Below are positions 10,097-19,388 of a stretch of 52,111 nucleotides of DNA, one piece after another. Both the position numbers and the translations under genes were made by a program. The DNA is from Fidelibacterota bacterium (lineage in GTDB: Bacteria; Fidelibacterota; UBA2242), in contig JBNGDF010000017.1 in NCBI GenBank assembly GCA_049975265.1, positions 1 to 52,111 of the forward strand, given 5' to 3'. A model generated the notes under the pieces. The model searched no databases, was not told the origin of the DNA, and saw only the letters and a program-made list of their open reading frames with translations. Positions within the stretch are counted from its first letter, which is position 1, and each line of letters opens with the position of its first letter.

Positions 10097-10848
10097 AAGC
10101 GCACCTCGATTTGATTTGCTTGTAAATACCGCTTCAACTCCGGGATCGGAATTTTTCCGAAGTGAAAGACACTCGCCGCCAGCGCCGCATCGGCTTTGCC
10201 GGTTGTAAACACCTCAACAAAATGCTCTTTGCTGCCGGCACCTCCCGAAGCAATCACCGGAATCGGCAGACTCTCCGCCAGTTCCCGGGTAATTTCCAGC
10301 GCAAAGCCGTTCTTCGTACCGTCATGGTCCATGGATGTCAGCAAAATCTCACCGGCGCCGCGGTCCACCACTTCCCGAGCCCAGTCCTGCGTGCGGCGCT
10401 TGGTAGGTGTGCGTCCGCCGTGAATGTAGACCAGATCACCCTCCGGTGTGCGTTTGGTATCAATCGCCACCACCACACACTGACTGCCGAAACGTCTGGC
10501 TAAAATCTCTACCAGATCGGGGTGATTCACCGCCGCTGTATTGACGGAAATTTTGTCGGCACCGGCTGCCAGCAGTCGAGCGACATCCTCCTCTTTGCGA
10601 ATCCCCCCACCCACCGTGAAAGGGATATTAAGGTTCTGTGCTACCCGCTCCACCAGCCCGACAAAGGTACCGCGTTTTTCCACCGACGCCGTGATATCCA
10701 GATACACCAGCTCATCGGCGCCCTGGCTGGCATAGGCGGCACCCAACTCCACCGGATCACCGGCTTCACGAATATTGACGAAATTGACTCCCTTCACCGT
10801 CCGCCCATCCCGGACATCCAGACAGGGAATAATTCGTTTTGCTACCAT
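10093..10848 (-). CDS. hisF: Imidazole glycerol phosphate synthase, cyclase subunit
   Basis: [37 protein letters not shown]. Confidence 0.98.
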   Translation of the reverse strand: MVAKRIIPCLDVRDGRTVKGVNFVNIREAGDPVELGAAYASQGADELVYLDITASVEKRGTFVGLVERVAQNLNIPFTVGGGIRKEEDVARLLAAGADKISVNTAAVNHPDLVEILARRFGSQCVVVAIDTKRTPEGDLVYIHGGRTPTKRRTQDWAREVVDRGAGEILLTSMDHDGTKNGFALEITRELAESLPIPVIASGGAGSKEHFVEVFTTGKADAALAASVFHFGKIPIPELKRYLQANQIEVRL

Positions 10849-11564
10849 AAAAATTCCTTCAGTTGTGCCAATTGAATCCGCCCTTCGTAAATGGCTTTAC
10901 CGATGATAACCCCGTCAATACCGTCAGCCGTCAAACGAATAATATCGTCAATGGTGCCGATTCCTCCGCTGGCAATCAGCTGCAAACCGGGAAAGATGTT
11001 TTTTATTTCACCATACAATTCGAAAGCGGGACCCGCCAGCATTCCATCCCTCTCGACATCGGTGCAGATGGTCTGGGTAATTCCCATCCCGAGATAATCC
11101 TCCAAAAACTGGAACAGATCACAGTCCGATTTCTCCTGCCAGCCGTGCACGGCGATTTTGTCCTGTTTTACATCGGCGCCCAGGATAATTTTCGGCGCTC
11201 CGTAACGCTTCAGCCAATCCTGCACCCTTTCAGGCTCTTTTACCGCAATGCTGCCGGCGGTAATCATCGCCGCACCGGACTCAAAAGCGACCCGCAGGTC
11301 CTCATCCGACTGAACACCACCGCCGAAATCAACAACCAACCCAGTTTTTCCGGCAATCGCTTCAAGTACTTTCCAGTTGATTATCCGGCGCGCCCGGGCG
11401 CCATCCAGATCCACGAGATGCAGGCGTTGGACACCGAAATCCTCGAAACGTTTGGCAACCTCCAGTGGATTCTGATCGTAGACCTTTTGCGTATCAAATT
11501 CACCCTTGGTCAGACGGACACATTTTCCATTGATAATGTCAATTGCCGGGATAATCGTAATCAT
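10842..11564 (-). CDS. hisA: ProFAR isomerase
   Basis: [38 protein letters not shown]. Confidence 0.97.
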   Translation of the reverse strand: MITIIPAIDIINGKCVRLTKGEFDTQKVYDQNPLEVAKRFEDFGVQRLHLVDLDGARARRIINWKVLEAIAGKTGLVVDFGGGVQSDEDLRVAFESGAAMITAGSIAVKEPERVQDWLKRYGAPKIILGADVKQDKIAVHGWQEKSDCDLFQFLEDYLGMGITQTICTDVERDGMLAGPAFELYGEIKNIFPGLQLIASGGIGTIDDIIRLTADGIDGVIIGKAIYEGRIQLAQLKEFLW

Positions 11565-12142
11565 AAGGCTAAAAAATTCCTCAATATCTGTTCACCCACC
11601 GTCCCGCTTTTTTCCGGATGAAACTGAACCGCGTAAAAATTATCCCGTTGCATCGCCGCACTGAAGGGCAGGATATAGTCCGTCGTCGCAATAGTCAACG
11701 GATCAGGCTCGGCATAGTAACTGTGTACAAAATAGACAAAGGCTCCAGCGGACACATTTCTAAAAAGGTCACCTCTGAGATTACGGATTCGGTTCCAGCC
11801 CATGTGCGGTACTTTGTCTTTCGCCGGGAAACGCCGCACCGCGGTGTTGAAGATTCCCAGACAGCGGCTCGCATTTTCTTCTGATTTACGGCACATCAGC
11901 TGCAAGCCGAGACAAATTCCCAGGACCGGTTGGGTCAGATGCGGGAGCAGATCGGCGATTCCTCTGTCAAGAATATAACTCATCGCCGAGGACGCTTCAC
12001 CCACACCGGGAAAGATGACCTTATCGGCGGATTTCAGCGCCTGAACATCATCGGTCACCCTCGGCGTGACTCCCAGGCGCCGCAGCGCCAGACGCACCGA
12101 GTGAATATTACCGGCGTTGTATTTGATAATCGCAACATTCAT
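11561..12142 (-). CDS. hisH: Imidazole glycerol phosphate synthase, glutaminase subunit
   Basis: PGVG, GICLGLQ, PHMGWN, YFVHSY, QFHPEKS; ATG 12142 overlaps the hisB stop. Confidence 0.97.
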   Translation of the reverse strand: MNVAIIKYNAGNIHSVRLALRRLGVTPRVTDDVQALKSADKVIFPGVGEASSAMSYILDRGIADLLPHLTQPVLGICLGLQLMCRKSEENASRCLGIFNTAVRRFPAKDKVPHMGWNRIRNLRGDLFRNVSAGAFVYFVHSYYAEPDPLTIATTDYILPFSAAMQRDNFYAVQFHPEKSGTVGEQILRNFLAL

Positions 12143-13230
12143 AAAACGCCCTTTGTACTTGGAACGCCACAATTACGATCATCCCGGCGAATTGCCATAC
12201 GGATCGCCCGTCCCACCGCCTTAAAGACCGCCTCGATCTTATGATGCTCATTTTCGCCCTCGGCTTTGATATTCAGGGCACATCGGGCTGTATCGGCAAA
12301 GGATTTGAAAAAGTGGTAAAACAGCTCCGTGGGCATTTTGCCGATATATTCCCGGTGAAATTTGGCATGCCAGACCAGCTGACCGCGTCCGGAAAAATCG
12401 ATTGCCACCTGCGCCAGGGACTCATCCATGGGCAGCAGGAAGCCGTATCGCTCAATCCCGGTTTTATCGCCCAGCGCCTGGCTGAACGCCTCACCGCAGA
12501 CCAAGGCGACATCTTCAACGGTATGATGTTCATCCACCTGCAGATCGCCTTTCGCCTGCAGCTGCATGTTACAGCCGGCATGTTTTACCAGCAAAGTCAG
12601 CATGTGATCCAGAAATCCGATGCCCGTATCGATCTGCGTCTGCCCGTCACCATCCAGAGTCAGTTGCAGCTGAATGGTGGTTTCGGTGGTTTTGCGGTCA
12701 ATTGTAACGACCCGTATGGGAAACGCCAGATAGCGAAAAATCTCTTCCCAATCGCCGGCAATAAAGTCCGCTTTTATGTCCTTTTTATGCCCAAGATAGA
12801 TAGATTTGGCACCCAGATTTTCCGCCAGCTGAAGGTCTGTTTCGCGGTCACCGATGACGTAGGAATTCGCCAGATCGTAATTGCCCACCATATACTTCGT
12901 CAGCAGTCCGGTGCGGGGCTTGCGTGTCGGAGCGTTATCTTTCGGCAGGCTGCGATCAATCAGCACATCGCTGAACACGATTCCCTCGTTCCGAAAAGTA
13001 GCCATCATTTTGTTCTGCACAGACCAGAAATCATCCTCCGGAAAGGAGACCGTTCCCAATCCATCCTGATTGCTGACCATCACCAGCTCAAAATCCAGCA
13101 GCCGGGCGATTTTTCCCAACCCCGTAATCACGCCGGGGAAAAATTCCAGCTTTTCCAGCGAATCCACCTGCTGATCCGGCGGCTCCAGAATCAGCGTTCC
13201 GTCACGATCAATAAAAAGTACTCTCTTCAT
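12139..13230 (-). CDS. hisB: Bifunctional histidinol-phosphatase / imidazoleglycerol-phosphate dehydratase (HisNB fusion)
   Basis: N-terminal HAD motif FIDRDGT; C-terminal DEHHTVED, PMDE, NEHH, PSTKG. Confidence 0.97.
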   Translation of the reverse strand: MKRVLFIDRDGTLILEPPDQQVDSLEKLEFFPGVITGLGKIARLLDFELVMVSNQDGLGTVSFPEDDFWSVQNKMMATFRNEGIVFSDVLIDRSLPKDNAPTRKPRTGLLTKYMVGNYDLANSYVIGDRETDLQLAENLGAKSIYLGHKKDIKADFIAGDWEEIFRYLAFPIRVVTIDRKTTETTIQLQLTLDGDGQTQIDTGIGFLDHMLTLLVKHAGCNMQLQAKGDLQVDEHHTVEDVALVCGEAFSQALGDKTGIERYGFLLPMDESLAQVAIDFSGRGQLVWHAKFHREYIGKMPTELFYHFFKSFADTARCALNIKAEGENEHHKIEAVFKAVGRAIRMAIRRDDRNCGVPSTKGVL

Positions 13231-13247
13231 TTACTTATCCTTCTTTT

Positions 13248-13316
13248 ACCACAGAGATAGGGAGAACACAGAGTTGTATGAGTGTTTATTTCCCGGCGGT
13301 CTCTGTATGCTCTGCG
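13248..13316. repeat. Degenerate CACAGAG / CTCTGT inverted repeat in the hisC-hisB junction
   Basis: accacagagatagggagaacacagag ... ctctgtatgctctgcg; the right arm lies inside the hisC 3' end. Confidence 0.4.
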
Positions 13317-14356
13317 ACGAATTGCTCCAATGTTTTGATTAAAGTCCTATTCTCTTCCGGTTTTCCGACGGTAATGCGTAAACAGTTATCACATTGTATC
13401 ACCATTGAGCGGTCACGGACAATGATCCGGCGTTTAATCAGGTAGTCAAATACTTTTCGGGTTTGTCGGAATTTCACCAGCAGGAAATTGGCATCACTGG
13501 GATATACGGTTTCGACAATCTTAAGTGTATTCAGATTATCAATTAATTTCCTGCGTTCTGCAAGAATCTGTTCCACGAATTTGTCCTTTTTCTCGATATG
13601 GGACAGAGCTTCCAGTGCCAGCTGCTGCGTCGAGCCGCTGACATTGTAGGGGTATTTAATTTTCGTCAGCAATTCAATGATCTCCGGATCAGCGAACGCC
13701 ATCCCCAGCCGCACACCCGCCAGTCCCCAAGCTTTGGAAAAAGTCTGCATAATCACCAGCTTGCGGTGTTGATTCAGTCGCGGCAGCCAGCTCTGCCCGG
13801 GCGCAAAATCCATATAGGCTTCATCGAGAACCACCAGCCCCTTGAAATTATCCAGTACGTTGCTGATATCGTTAGCCCGGATAAGGTTACCGCTGGGATT
13901 ATTCGGCGAGCAGATAAACAGGAGTTTAACACCGTCAGTCTGCGCGAAAATCCTGTCCAAATCCAACTGAAAACCGGCGGTTAACGGCACCTCCGCAACC
14001 GGTACGTTATTGATATCTGCGGCAACCCGGTACATTCCGTAAGTAGGTGGTAAAAGCATGATTTTGTCCTGATTCGGCTCACAAAAAATTCGGATCAGCA
14101 GGTCAATAACCTCATCGCTGCCATTACCCAGAAATGTCTGTTCAATCGCTGTACCTTTGACCGAGGCAACCCGGGCTTTCAGTTCCCGTTGGCGGGGATC
14201 GGGATAACGGTTCAGACCGCTCTTCAGAACCGAACCAAAGGAGTTCTCGTTGGCATCCAGAAATATGCCCGTGTTGCCCCGGTACTCACCCCGGGCACAG
14301 GAATAGGGATTCAAGCGCCGGATGTTGGCGCGCACCAAATCCTGAATCTCACTCAT
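13286..14356 (-). CDS. hisC: Histidinol-phosphate aminotransferase
   Basis: LDANEN, GNGSDE, SPNNPSG, DEAY, TFSKAWGLAGVRLG. Confidence 0.97.
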   Translation of the reverse strand: MSEIQDLVRANIRRLNPYSCARGEYRGNTGIFLDANENSFGSVLKSGLNRYPDPRQRELKARVASVKGTAIEQTFLGNGSDEVIDLLIRIFCEPNQDKIMLLPPTYGMYRVAADINNVPVAEVPLTAGFQLDLDRIFAQTDGVKLLFICSPNNPSGNLIRANDISNVLDNFKGLVVLDEAYMDFAPGQSWLPRLNQHRKLVIMQTFSKAWGLAGVRLGMAFADPEIIELLTKIKYPYNVSGSTQQLALEALSHIEKKDKFVEQILAERRKLIDNLNTLKIVETVYPSDANFLLVKFRQTRKVFDYLIKRRIIVRDRSMVIQCDNCLRITVGKPEENRTLIKTLEQFVAEHTETAGK

Positions 14357-15650
14357 TCTCCGCTCCCTTTGTCAGCGCCGCCAACCGCATTGACACTGCT
14401 TTTCCGTGCGCGTCCAGACCTTCCGCCGTCGCCATGCATTCAATCGCCGGACCAATGCCGCGCAAACCGTTTTCGGTCAGGGTCTGGAACGTTATTTTCT
14501 TTACAAAACTATCCACCGAAACACCACTCATGTTGCGGGCATAGCCATAAGTCGGCAGGGTGTGATTTGTTCCAGAGGCATAATCCCCCGCCGCTTCCGG
14601 GGTAAAGGCACCGATGAAGACACTACCGGCATTGGTCACTTTTTCACTGAGCGCCACCGCATTTTCCGTCATAATGATCAGATGCTCCGGCGCATAGGCG
14701 TTGGCAAATTCTATCATCTCAGCCGGATTTCCAAGCACGATCGCCCGGCTGTTTGCCAGTGCCTGCTCTGCAATGTCCCTGCGCGGCAGTGAGGGTAGCA
14801 GCTCATTTATATTACTTTCAACATTCTGCGCGACTGTCAGGCTGTTGGTTATCAGCATGACCTGACTGTCGGCACCATGCTCCGCCTGAGACAGCAGATC
14901 AATCGCCACAAATTCGGGCTTGGCGCTTGCATCGGCAACGACGGCGATTTCCGACGGACCCGCAGGCATATCAATCGCCACACCTGCCCGGCTGACCAGC
15001 TGCTTTGCCAGTGTCACCCAGGAATTGCCGGGACCAAAAATTTTGTCCACTTGCGGGACGCTTTCCGTACCGTATGCCATGGCTGCAATGGCTTGGGCGC
15101 CACCAACTCTGAAAATCCGGTCAACTCCGGTTACTTTCGCGGTATAGAGTATCAATGGATTGAGACTGCTATCTTTTTGCGGGGGTGAGCATAATACAAT
15201 CTCCCGGCAGCCGGCGATTTTCGCCGGAATCGCAAGCATCAGGACGGTGGAAAAGAGCGGTGCTGTCCCGCCGGGAACATAGAGCCCGACCCTCTCGATG
15301 GGCACGCACCGGCGCCAGCACCTGACCCCGGGACTGGTTTCGATAATCGCTTCTGAATGTAGCTGCGGGACATGAAATTTCGTGATATTATCAATCGCCA
15401 AACGAATCGCGGCTTTCAGTTTGGGAGAGACATTCGCTTCAGCAACGGCAATTTCCGCTTCTGAAACAGATAATTCTCTTACATCAACACAATCAAATTT
15501 CCGGCTGAATTCCCGCAATGCGGCATCGCCCTTATTACGTACGGCTACTAAAATCTGCAGCACCTGGTCTTCGGCAATCTCCGCCGCCGTTACCGGTCGC
15601 TGCAGGAGTGCCCGCCATTGATCCCGATTTGGATATTCATATATCTGCAT
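14349..15650 (-). CDS. hisD: Histidinol dehydrogenase
   Basis: GLYVPGG, GGAQAI, GPGN, DMPAGPSE, SQAEH, APEHL, GDYASGTNHTLPT. Confidence 0.98.
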   Translation of the reverse strand: MQIYEYPNRDQWRALLQRPVTAAEIAEDQVLQILVAVRNKGDAALREFSRKFDCVDVRELSVSEAEIAVAEANVSPKLKAAIRLAIDNITKFHVPQLHSEAIIETSPGVRCWRRCVPIERVGLYVPGGTAPLFSTVLMLAIPAKIAGCREIVLCSPPQKDSSLNPLILYTAKVTGVDRIFRVGGAQAIAAMAYGTESVPQVDKIFGPGNSWVTLAKQLVSRAGVAIDMPAGPSEIAVVADASAKPEFVAIDLLSQAEHGADSQVMLITNSLTVAQNVESNINELLPSLPRRDIAEQALANSRAIVLGNPAEMIEFANAYAPEHLIIMTENAVALSEKVTNAGSVFIGAFTPEAAGDYASGTNHTLPTYGYARNMSGVSVDSFVKKITFQTLTENGLRGIGPAIECMATAEGLDAHGKAVSMRLAALTKGAENE

Positions 15651-15658
15651 GTATTCCT

Positions 15659-16513
15659 CTATACAATCATTTTTTCAATGGGAATCACGAGAATCCCCTG
15701 CGCCCCGGCGGCTTTCAGGGCTTCGATCTTTTCCCAGAATTCATCTTCGGCGATCACCGAATGGATGGAGCTCCAGCCGGCTGTGGACAGGGGCATAATC
15801 GTCGGACTTTTCATGCCCGGCAGCAGCTCGCAAATTGCCTCAATCTGCTCGTTCGGAGCGTTCAACAGAATATATTTACGATTCCCTGCCAGCTGCACGG
15901 CGCGCATTCGGAAGACCAATTTATCCAACAGCTGTTGATTTATGGAACTCAATTTCTTGCCGGCGACCAGAACAGCTTCCGACCTGAGAACCGTTTCCAC
16001 CTCCCGCAGACCATTGGACAGCAGCGTACTGCCGGTACTGACAATGTCGAAAATAGCATCCGCCAGCCCAATCCCCGGCGCAATCTCCGCCGAACCGCTA
16101 ATCTCATGAATGGTGGCATTGATTCGATTTTTTTTCAAATAATCTCTCAGAATATTGGGATAGGATGTGGCGATATTCAGACCCTCCAGATCTCCCGAAC
16201 CGCGGTAATCACGGTCTTTCGGAACCGCAAGGGACAGCCGGCAGCGGGCAAATCCCAGATATTCGATAATTCGCAGAGGGCGTCTCTTTTCCAGGTAGAC
16301 ATTTTCACCGACAATTCCGGCATCGGCAATGCCATCGGCGACGCATTCCGGAATATCGTCATCCCGCAGGTAGAGAATCTGCATCGGGAAATTGCCTGCC
16401 TTTGATTTCAGTTTCGTGCTGCCACCGTTTTCAAATTCGATCCCACACTCCCGCAACAACCGCACGGTCTTTTCGTTGAGCCGCCCGGATTTTTGAATTG
16501 CAAGTGTTAACAT
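15659..16513 (-). CDS. hisG: ATP phosphoribosyltransferase (long form)
   Basis: MLTLAIQKSGRL from ATG 16513; RDDDIP, IATSYP, GLADAIFDIVSTGSTL; C-terminal regulatory domain. Confidence 0.97.
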   Translation of the reverse strand: MLTLAIQKSGRLNEKTVRLLRECGIEFENGGSTKLKSKAGNFPMQILYLRDDDIPECVADGIADAGIVGENVYLEKRRPLRIIEYLGFARCRLSLAVPKDRDYRGSGDLEGLNIATSYPNILRDYLKKNRINATIHEISGSAEIAPGIGLADAIFDIVSTGSTLLSNGLREVETVLRSEAVLVAGKKLSSINQQLLDKLVFRMRAVQLAGNRKYILLNAPNEQIEAICELLPGMKSPTIMPLSTAGWSSIHSVIAEDEFWEKIEALKAAGAQGILVIPIEKMIV

Positions 16514-16530
16514 GGCTTTCCTTTCATAAT

Positions 16531-16560
16531 AAAAAAACCCGGCTCTTTGCGGAACCGGGT
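16531..16560 (-). terminator. his attenuator intrinsic terminator
   Basis: Minus strand ACCCGGTTC-cgcaaa-GAGCCGGGT-TTTTTT, ending 17 nt before the hisG ATG. Confidence 0.88.
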
Positions 16561-16586
16561 GAACATCAACTGCCTGTAAAATCACA

Positions 16587-16646
16587 CTATCTCATCCCGG
16601 TTCCTCGACGGGAATTATGATGATGCATATGTGAGTTCCAGTTCAT
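16587..16646 (-). CDS. hisL: his operon leader peptide MNWNSHMHHHNSRRGTGMR
   Basis: 19 aa with 4 His (CAT) codons. Contains GGAACCGGG, complementary to the terminator 5' arm CCCGGTTCC. Confidence 0.88.
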   Translation of the reverse strand: MNWNSHMHHHNSRRGTGMR

Positions 16647-16671
16647 TTCCAACTCAATTTTAACGGTTTGA

Positions 16672-16700
16672 AAAGTAGGTCAATTTTTTCATTATGTCAA
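16672..16700 (-). promoter_or_regulatory. Sigma70-type promoter of the his leader/operon
   Basis: TTGACA-17 nt-TACTTT, with the -10 box 25 nt upstream of the leader ATG. Confidence 0.7.
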
Positions 16701-16760
16701 TTAAAAAATACAAAGGAAACCCAATTGGGGAAAAAATTGTTCTGAGAGTGTAATTAATTG

Positions 16761-16789
16761 TTGACATAATGTTTATAATACATTACATT
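16761..16789 (+). promoter_or_regulatory. Sigma70-type promoter with overlapping palindrome (putative Xre operator)
   Basis: TTGACA-17 nt-TACATT; TAATGT-N7-ACATTA at 16767-16785. Confidence 0.6.
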
Positions 16790-16812
16790 TTGAACGACAA
16801 TTGGAGTAAGTG

Positions 16813-17019
16813 ATGAATTTGAAGAACAATCTGAAACGCTTTCGGTTTGATCATGAACAGATCACTCAGGAGAAGCTGGCGGAGGAGTTGGGGGTATCCC
16901 GGCAGACGGTTCACGCCATTGAAAACGGCAAGTTCAATCCGTCGGTTAAACTGGCGCTGAAGATGGCGCAGCTGTTTGGATGTCAGGTTGAAGATTTATT
17001 TTTTTTAGAGGAGGATTAA
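16813..17019 (+). CDS. Xre/Cro-family HTH transcriptional regulator
   Basis: ITQEKLAEELGVSRQTVHAIENGKFNPSVKLA; GGAG RBS. Confidence 0.93.
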   Translation: MNLKNNLKRFRFDHEQITQEKLAEELGVSRQTVHAIENGKFNPSVKLALKMAQLFGCQVEDLFFLEED

Positions 17020-17364
17020 ATGATTGTCAGATTTTGGTTTGAGAGTATTGTGGGCTTGATCTGTATTCTCTGTATCCTGCTGTTCGGGCAGGTCGGTTTT
17101 GTAAGTTTTGCCCTGTTTGCCCTGCTGCCAGTCGTTACCCGTTTATATAAGGGCAACAAACCGGACGAGCGGGAGCTGCAGCTTTTTTATAAAGCCGGCA
17201 ATCTGTCGCTGGCGCTGACCATTATTGTCATCTTCCTGATCAGCCGCCTGTCCGATGTCGTCGTCAACGGTCACAGCATCGGTGACAACTGGATGCTGTT
17301 CAGCATTACTTCAATCGTGATGTTTCACGGCATCGCCGGACTGATCGTGTTTCACAGAAATTAA
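17020..17364 (+). CDS. Small multi-TM membrane protein (DUF2178-like)
   Basis: About 4 hydrophobic segments; KPDERE motif; GGAGG RBS; directly follows the Xre gene. Confidence 0.7.
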   Translation: MIVRFWFESIVGLICILCILLFGQVGFVSFALFALLPVVTRLYKGNKPDERELQLFYKAGNLSLALTIIVIFLISRLSDVVVNGHSIGDNWMLFSITSIVMFHGIAGLIVFHRN

Positions 17365-17664
17365 AGCCCGATTCTTTCACTTTGCTATCCGTTATAAAAA
17401 TTGTCTTGCCGTCTTATTTTGGATTCTTTCCGGAAAAGTTGCTATGACTTGCACCTTTCTGCGGTAATCTTCCACGGAACATTAATCATTCCATTCTGGT
17501 AAAAACCGGATAATGATGAGTGTTACAGATGATTTTTTCGTATTAAATCTTTGACAAAAGGGAGACTTTATGATGATAACTTCGGTGTTCAAAAATTGTT
17601 GAAGAAGCGGGTTGCCAATCTCCGCAAATTGGACAAAGGAAAGAACAATCAATAAACGAGCAAA

Positions 17665-18036
17665 ATGGATTCTATGAATTCACACGACGAAGAAAAATTG
17701 CCGGCGACGGTCAATGAAGCCGTTGATTGGATCATTCGGCACATGCCCGATAGGGATATCGCCAGGGTGCGCAAAATGAGCAGTAAGGATTTGATGTTTG
17801 ACTTCCATTTCAGCGCCGGACTTGCCATCAGAAACGGTTTGGGACTCCATGGCGAAAACAAAGCGCTGATTGTGGATTGCAACAGGGCAAAATACGGCTA
17901 TTCAGGGGGCGAACGTGAATTTCTGCTCTATCATGCCGACATGTTTTCCACATTTTTACTGGAAAAAGTCTGGGAAAAGCTGCACGCAGAGAATCCCGCG
18001 ACAAATCCTCATTCCCGGGCTGACAGCGGGACATAA
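17665..18036 (+). CDS. Hypothetical protein, DUF6794-like
   Basis: PATVNEAVDWI...HFSAGLAIRN..GL...HADMFS..LLEKVWEKL pattern. Confidence 0.65.
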   Translation: MDSMNSHDEEKLPATVNEAVDWIIRHMPDRDIARVRKMSSKDLMFDFHFSAGLAIRNGLGLHGENKALIVDCNRAKYGYSGGEREFLLYHADMFSTFLLEKVWEKLHAENPATNPHSRADSGT

Positions 18037-19364
18037 TCCCGCGGCATGGTCACATTTTTATAGGCGGGACGGATGATCCGGCGGGATTTGTGATTGAGTT
18101 CCTCCAATCGGTGGGTGCACCAGCCGGCAAGGCGTCCCATGGCGAATATCGGTGTATAGAGTTCCCGGGGAATACCGATACAGGAATAGACAAAACCGGA
18201 GTAAAAATCCACATTGGCGCAGACGATTTTTTGTCGCTGGCGCCCCTTAAAATCGGCAAAGACCTCCGGTGCCAGCTCCTCCACCAGATTATAGAGCCGC
18301 AGCTCTTCCGTGCGGTTTTTCTCATCCGCCAGTTCGGCGGCTTTTTCCTTCAGGATTTTCGCCCGGGGATCGGAGAGGGTATAGACAGCATGTCCGACGC
18401 CGTAAATTTTGCCCGTGCCGTCGCCGAACTCCTTTTTCAGAATGCCCAGCAGATAGCGGGCAACCTCATCCTTACTTTGCCAGTCGGAGACATTAGCTTT
18501 GATATCCTCCATCATCTGCATCACTTTCAGGTTGGCGCCGCCGTGGTAGGGACCTTTCAGGGAACCAATCGCCGCCGCAATCGCCGCATAGGTGTCGGTA
18601 CCCGACGAACTGGTAACCCGCAGCGTGAAGGTGGAATTGTTGCCGCCGCCGTGCTCGGCGTGGGTGACCAGTGCCAGGTCCAGCAGGTCCGCTTCAAGCC
18701 GGGTATAACGTTCCCCCTTCAACATATACAAAAAATTCTCCGCCGTACTCAGGTCCCGGCGCGGATGGCGGATTGACAGTGTTTTGCGCTGAAAATCATG
18801 GCGATAGGCATTGTAGGAATAGGCGACAATTGTGGGAAATTTCGCCAGCAGGCTCAGGGATTGCCGGACAAGGTTTTCCTCGCTGCGGTCTTCGGGATTC
18901 TGATCAATGGTGTAGAGCACCAGCACCGCCCGGGCGACCATATTCATCAAATCCTGTCCCACCATTGTCAAAATGGTACTATGGGTAAAATTTTCCGGCA
19001 GCTCCCGCAGCTCTGCCAGGTAATTGGAAAAATAACGCAACTCCTCCCAATCGGGCAATTCTCCTGCCAGCAGCAGGTAGCAAATCTCCTCAAACCCGTG
19101 GCGTTTATCATTCTGAAAGCCCGCTACCAGCTGATTCAACGGATAGCCCCTGTAAAACAGATTGCCCTCACAGGGCACAATCTGTTCATGTTCATAGCGA
19201 TATCCCACCACATCCCCGATATTGGTCAAGCCCACCAGTACACCGGTGTGATCCCGGTTGCGCAGACCCCGTTTGACATTATATTCATCAAAAAGCCGTG
19301 GATCAATCTGACAGGCGTTTTTCATTTTGGTACAAATCGTCTGTAACATTTTTTGATTTTGCAT
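18009..19364 (-). CDS. gltA: Citrate synthase
   Basis: LFYRGY, HAEHGGGNNST, GPYHGGAN, YGVGHAVY..DPRA, NVDFYSG; GGAGG before ATG 19364. Confidence 0.94.
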   Translation of the reverse strand: MQNQKMLQTICTKMKNACQIDPRLFDEYNVKRGLRNRDHTGVLVGLTNIGDVVGYRYEHEQIVPCEGNLFYRGYPLNQLVAGFQNDKRHGFEEICYLLLAGELPDWEELRYFSNYLAELRELPENFTHSTILTMVGQDLMNMVARAVLVLYTIDQNPEDRSEENLVRQSLSLLAKFPTIVAYSYNAYRHDFQRKTLSIRHPRRDLSTAENFLYMLKGERYTRLEADLLDLALVTHAEHGGGNNSTFTLRVTSSSGTDTYAAIAAAIGSLKGPYHGGANLKVMQMMEDIKANVSDWQSKDEVARYLLGILKKEFGDGTGKIYGVGHAVYTLSDPRAKILKEKAAELADEKNRTEELRLYNLVEELAPEVFADFKGRQRQKIVCANVDFYSGFVYSCIGIPRELYTPIFAMGRLAGWCTHRLEELNHKSRRIIRPAYKNVTMPRDYVPLSARE

Positions 19365-19388
19365 GATAACCTCCAATCTATCTTGGTA

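Noticed and set aside
12241..13260. 339-aa plus-strand ORF opposite hisB, and similar long antisense ORFs opposite cimA, hisG and ligA
   Set aside because: Antisense shadows of conserved housekeeping genes.
16514..16585. N-terminal extension of hisG in the ORF track
   Set aside because: It runs through the attenuator terminator; HisG homology starts at MLTLAIQKSGRL (16513).
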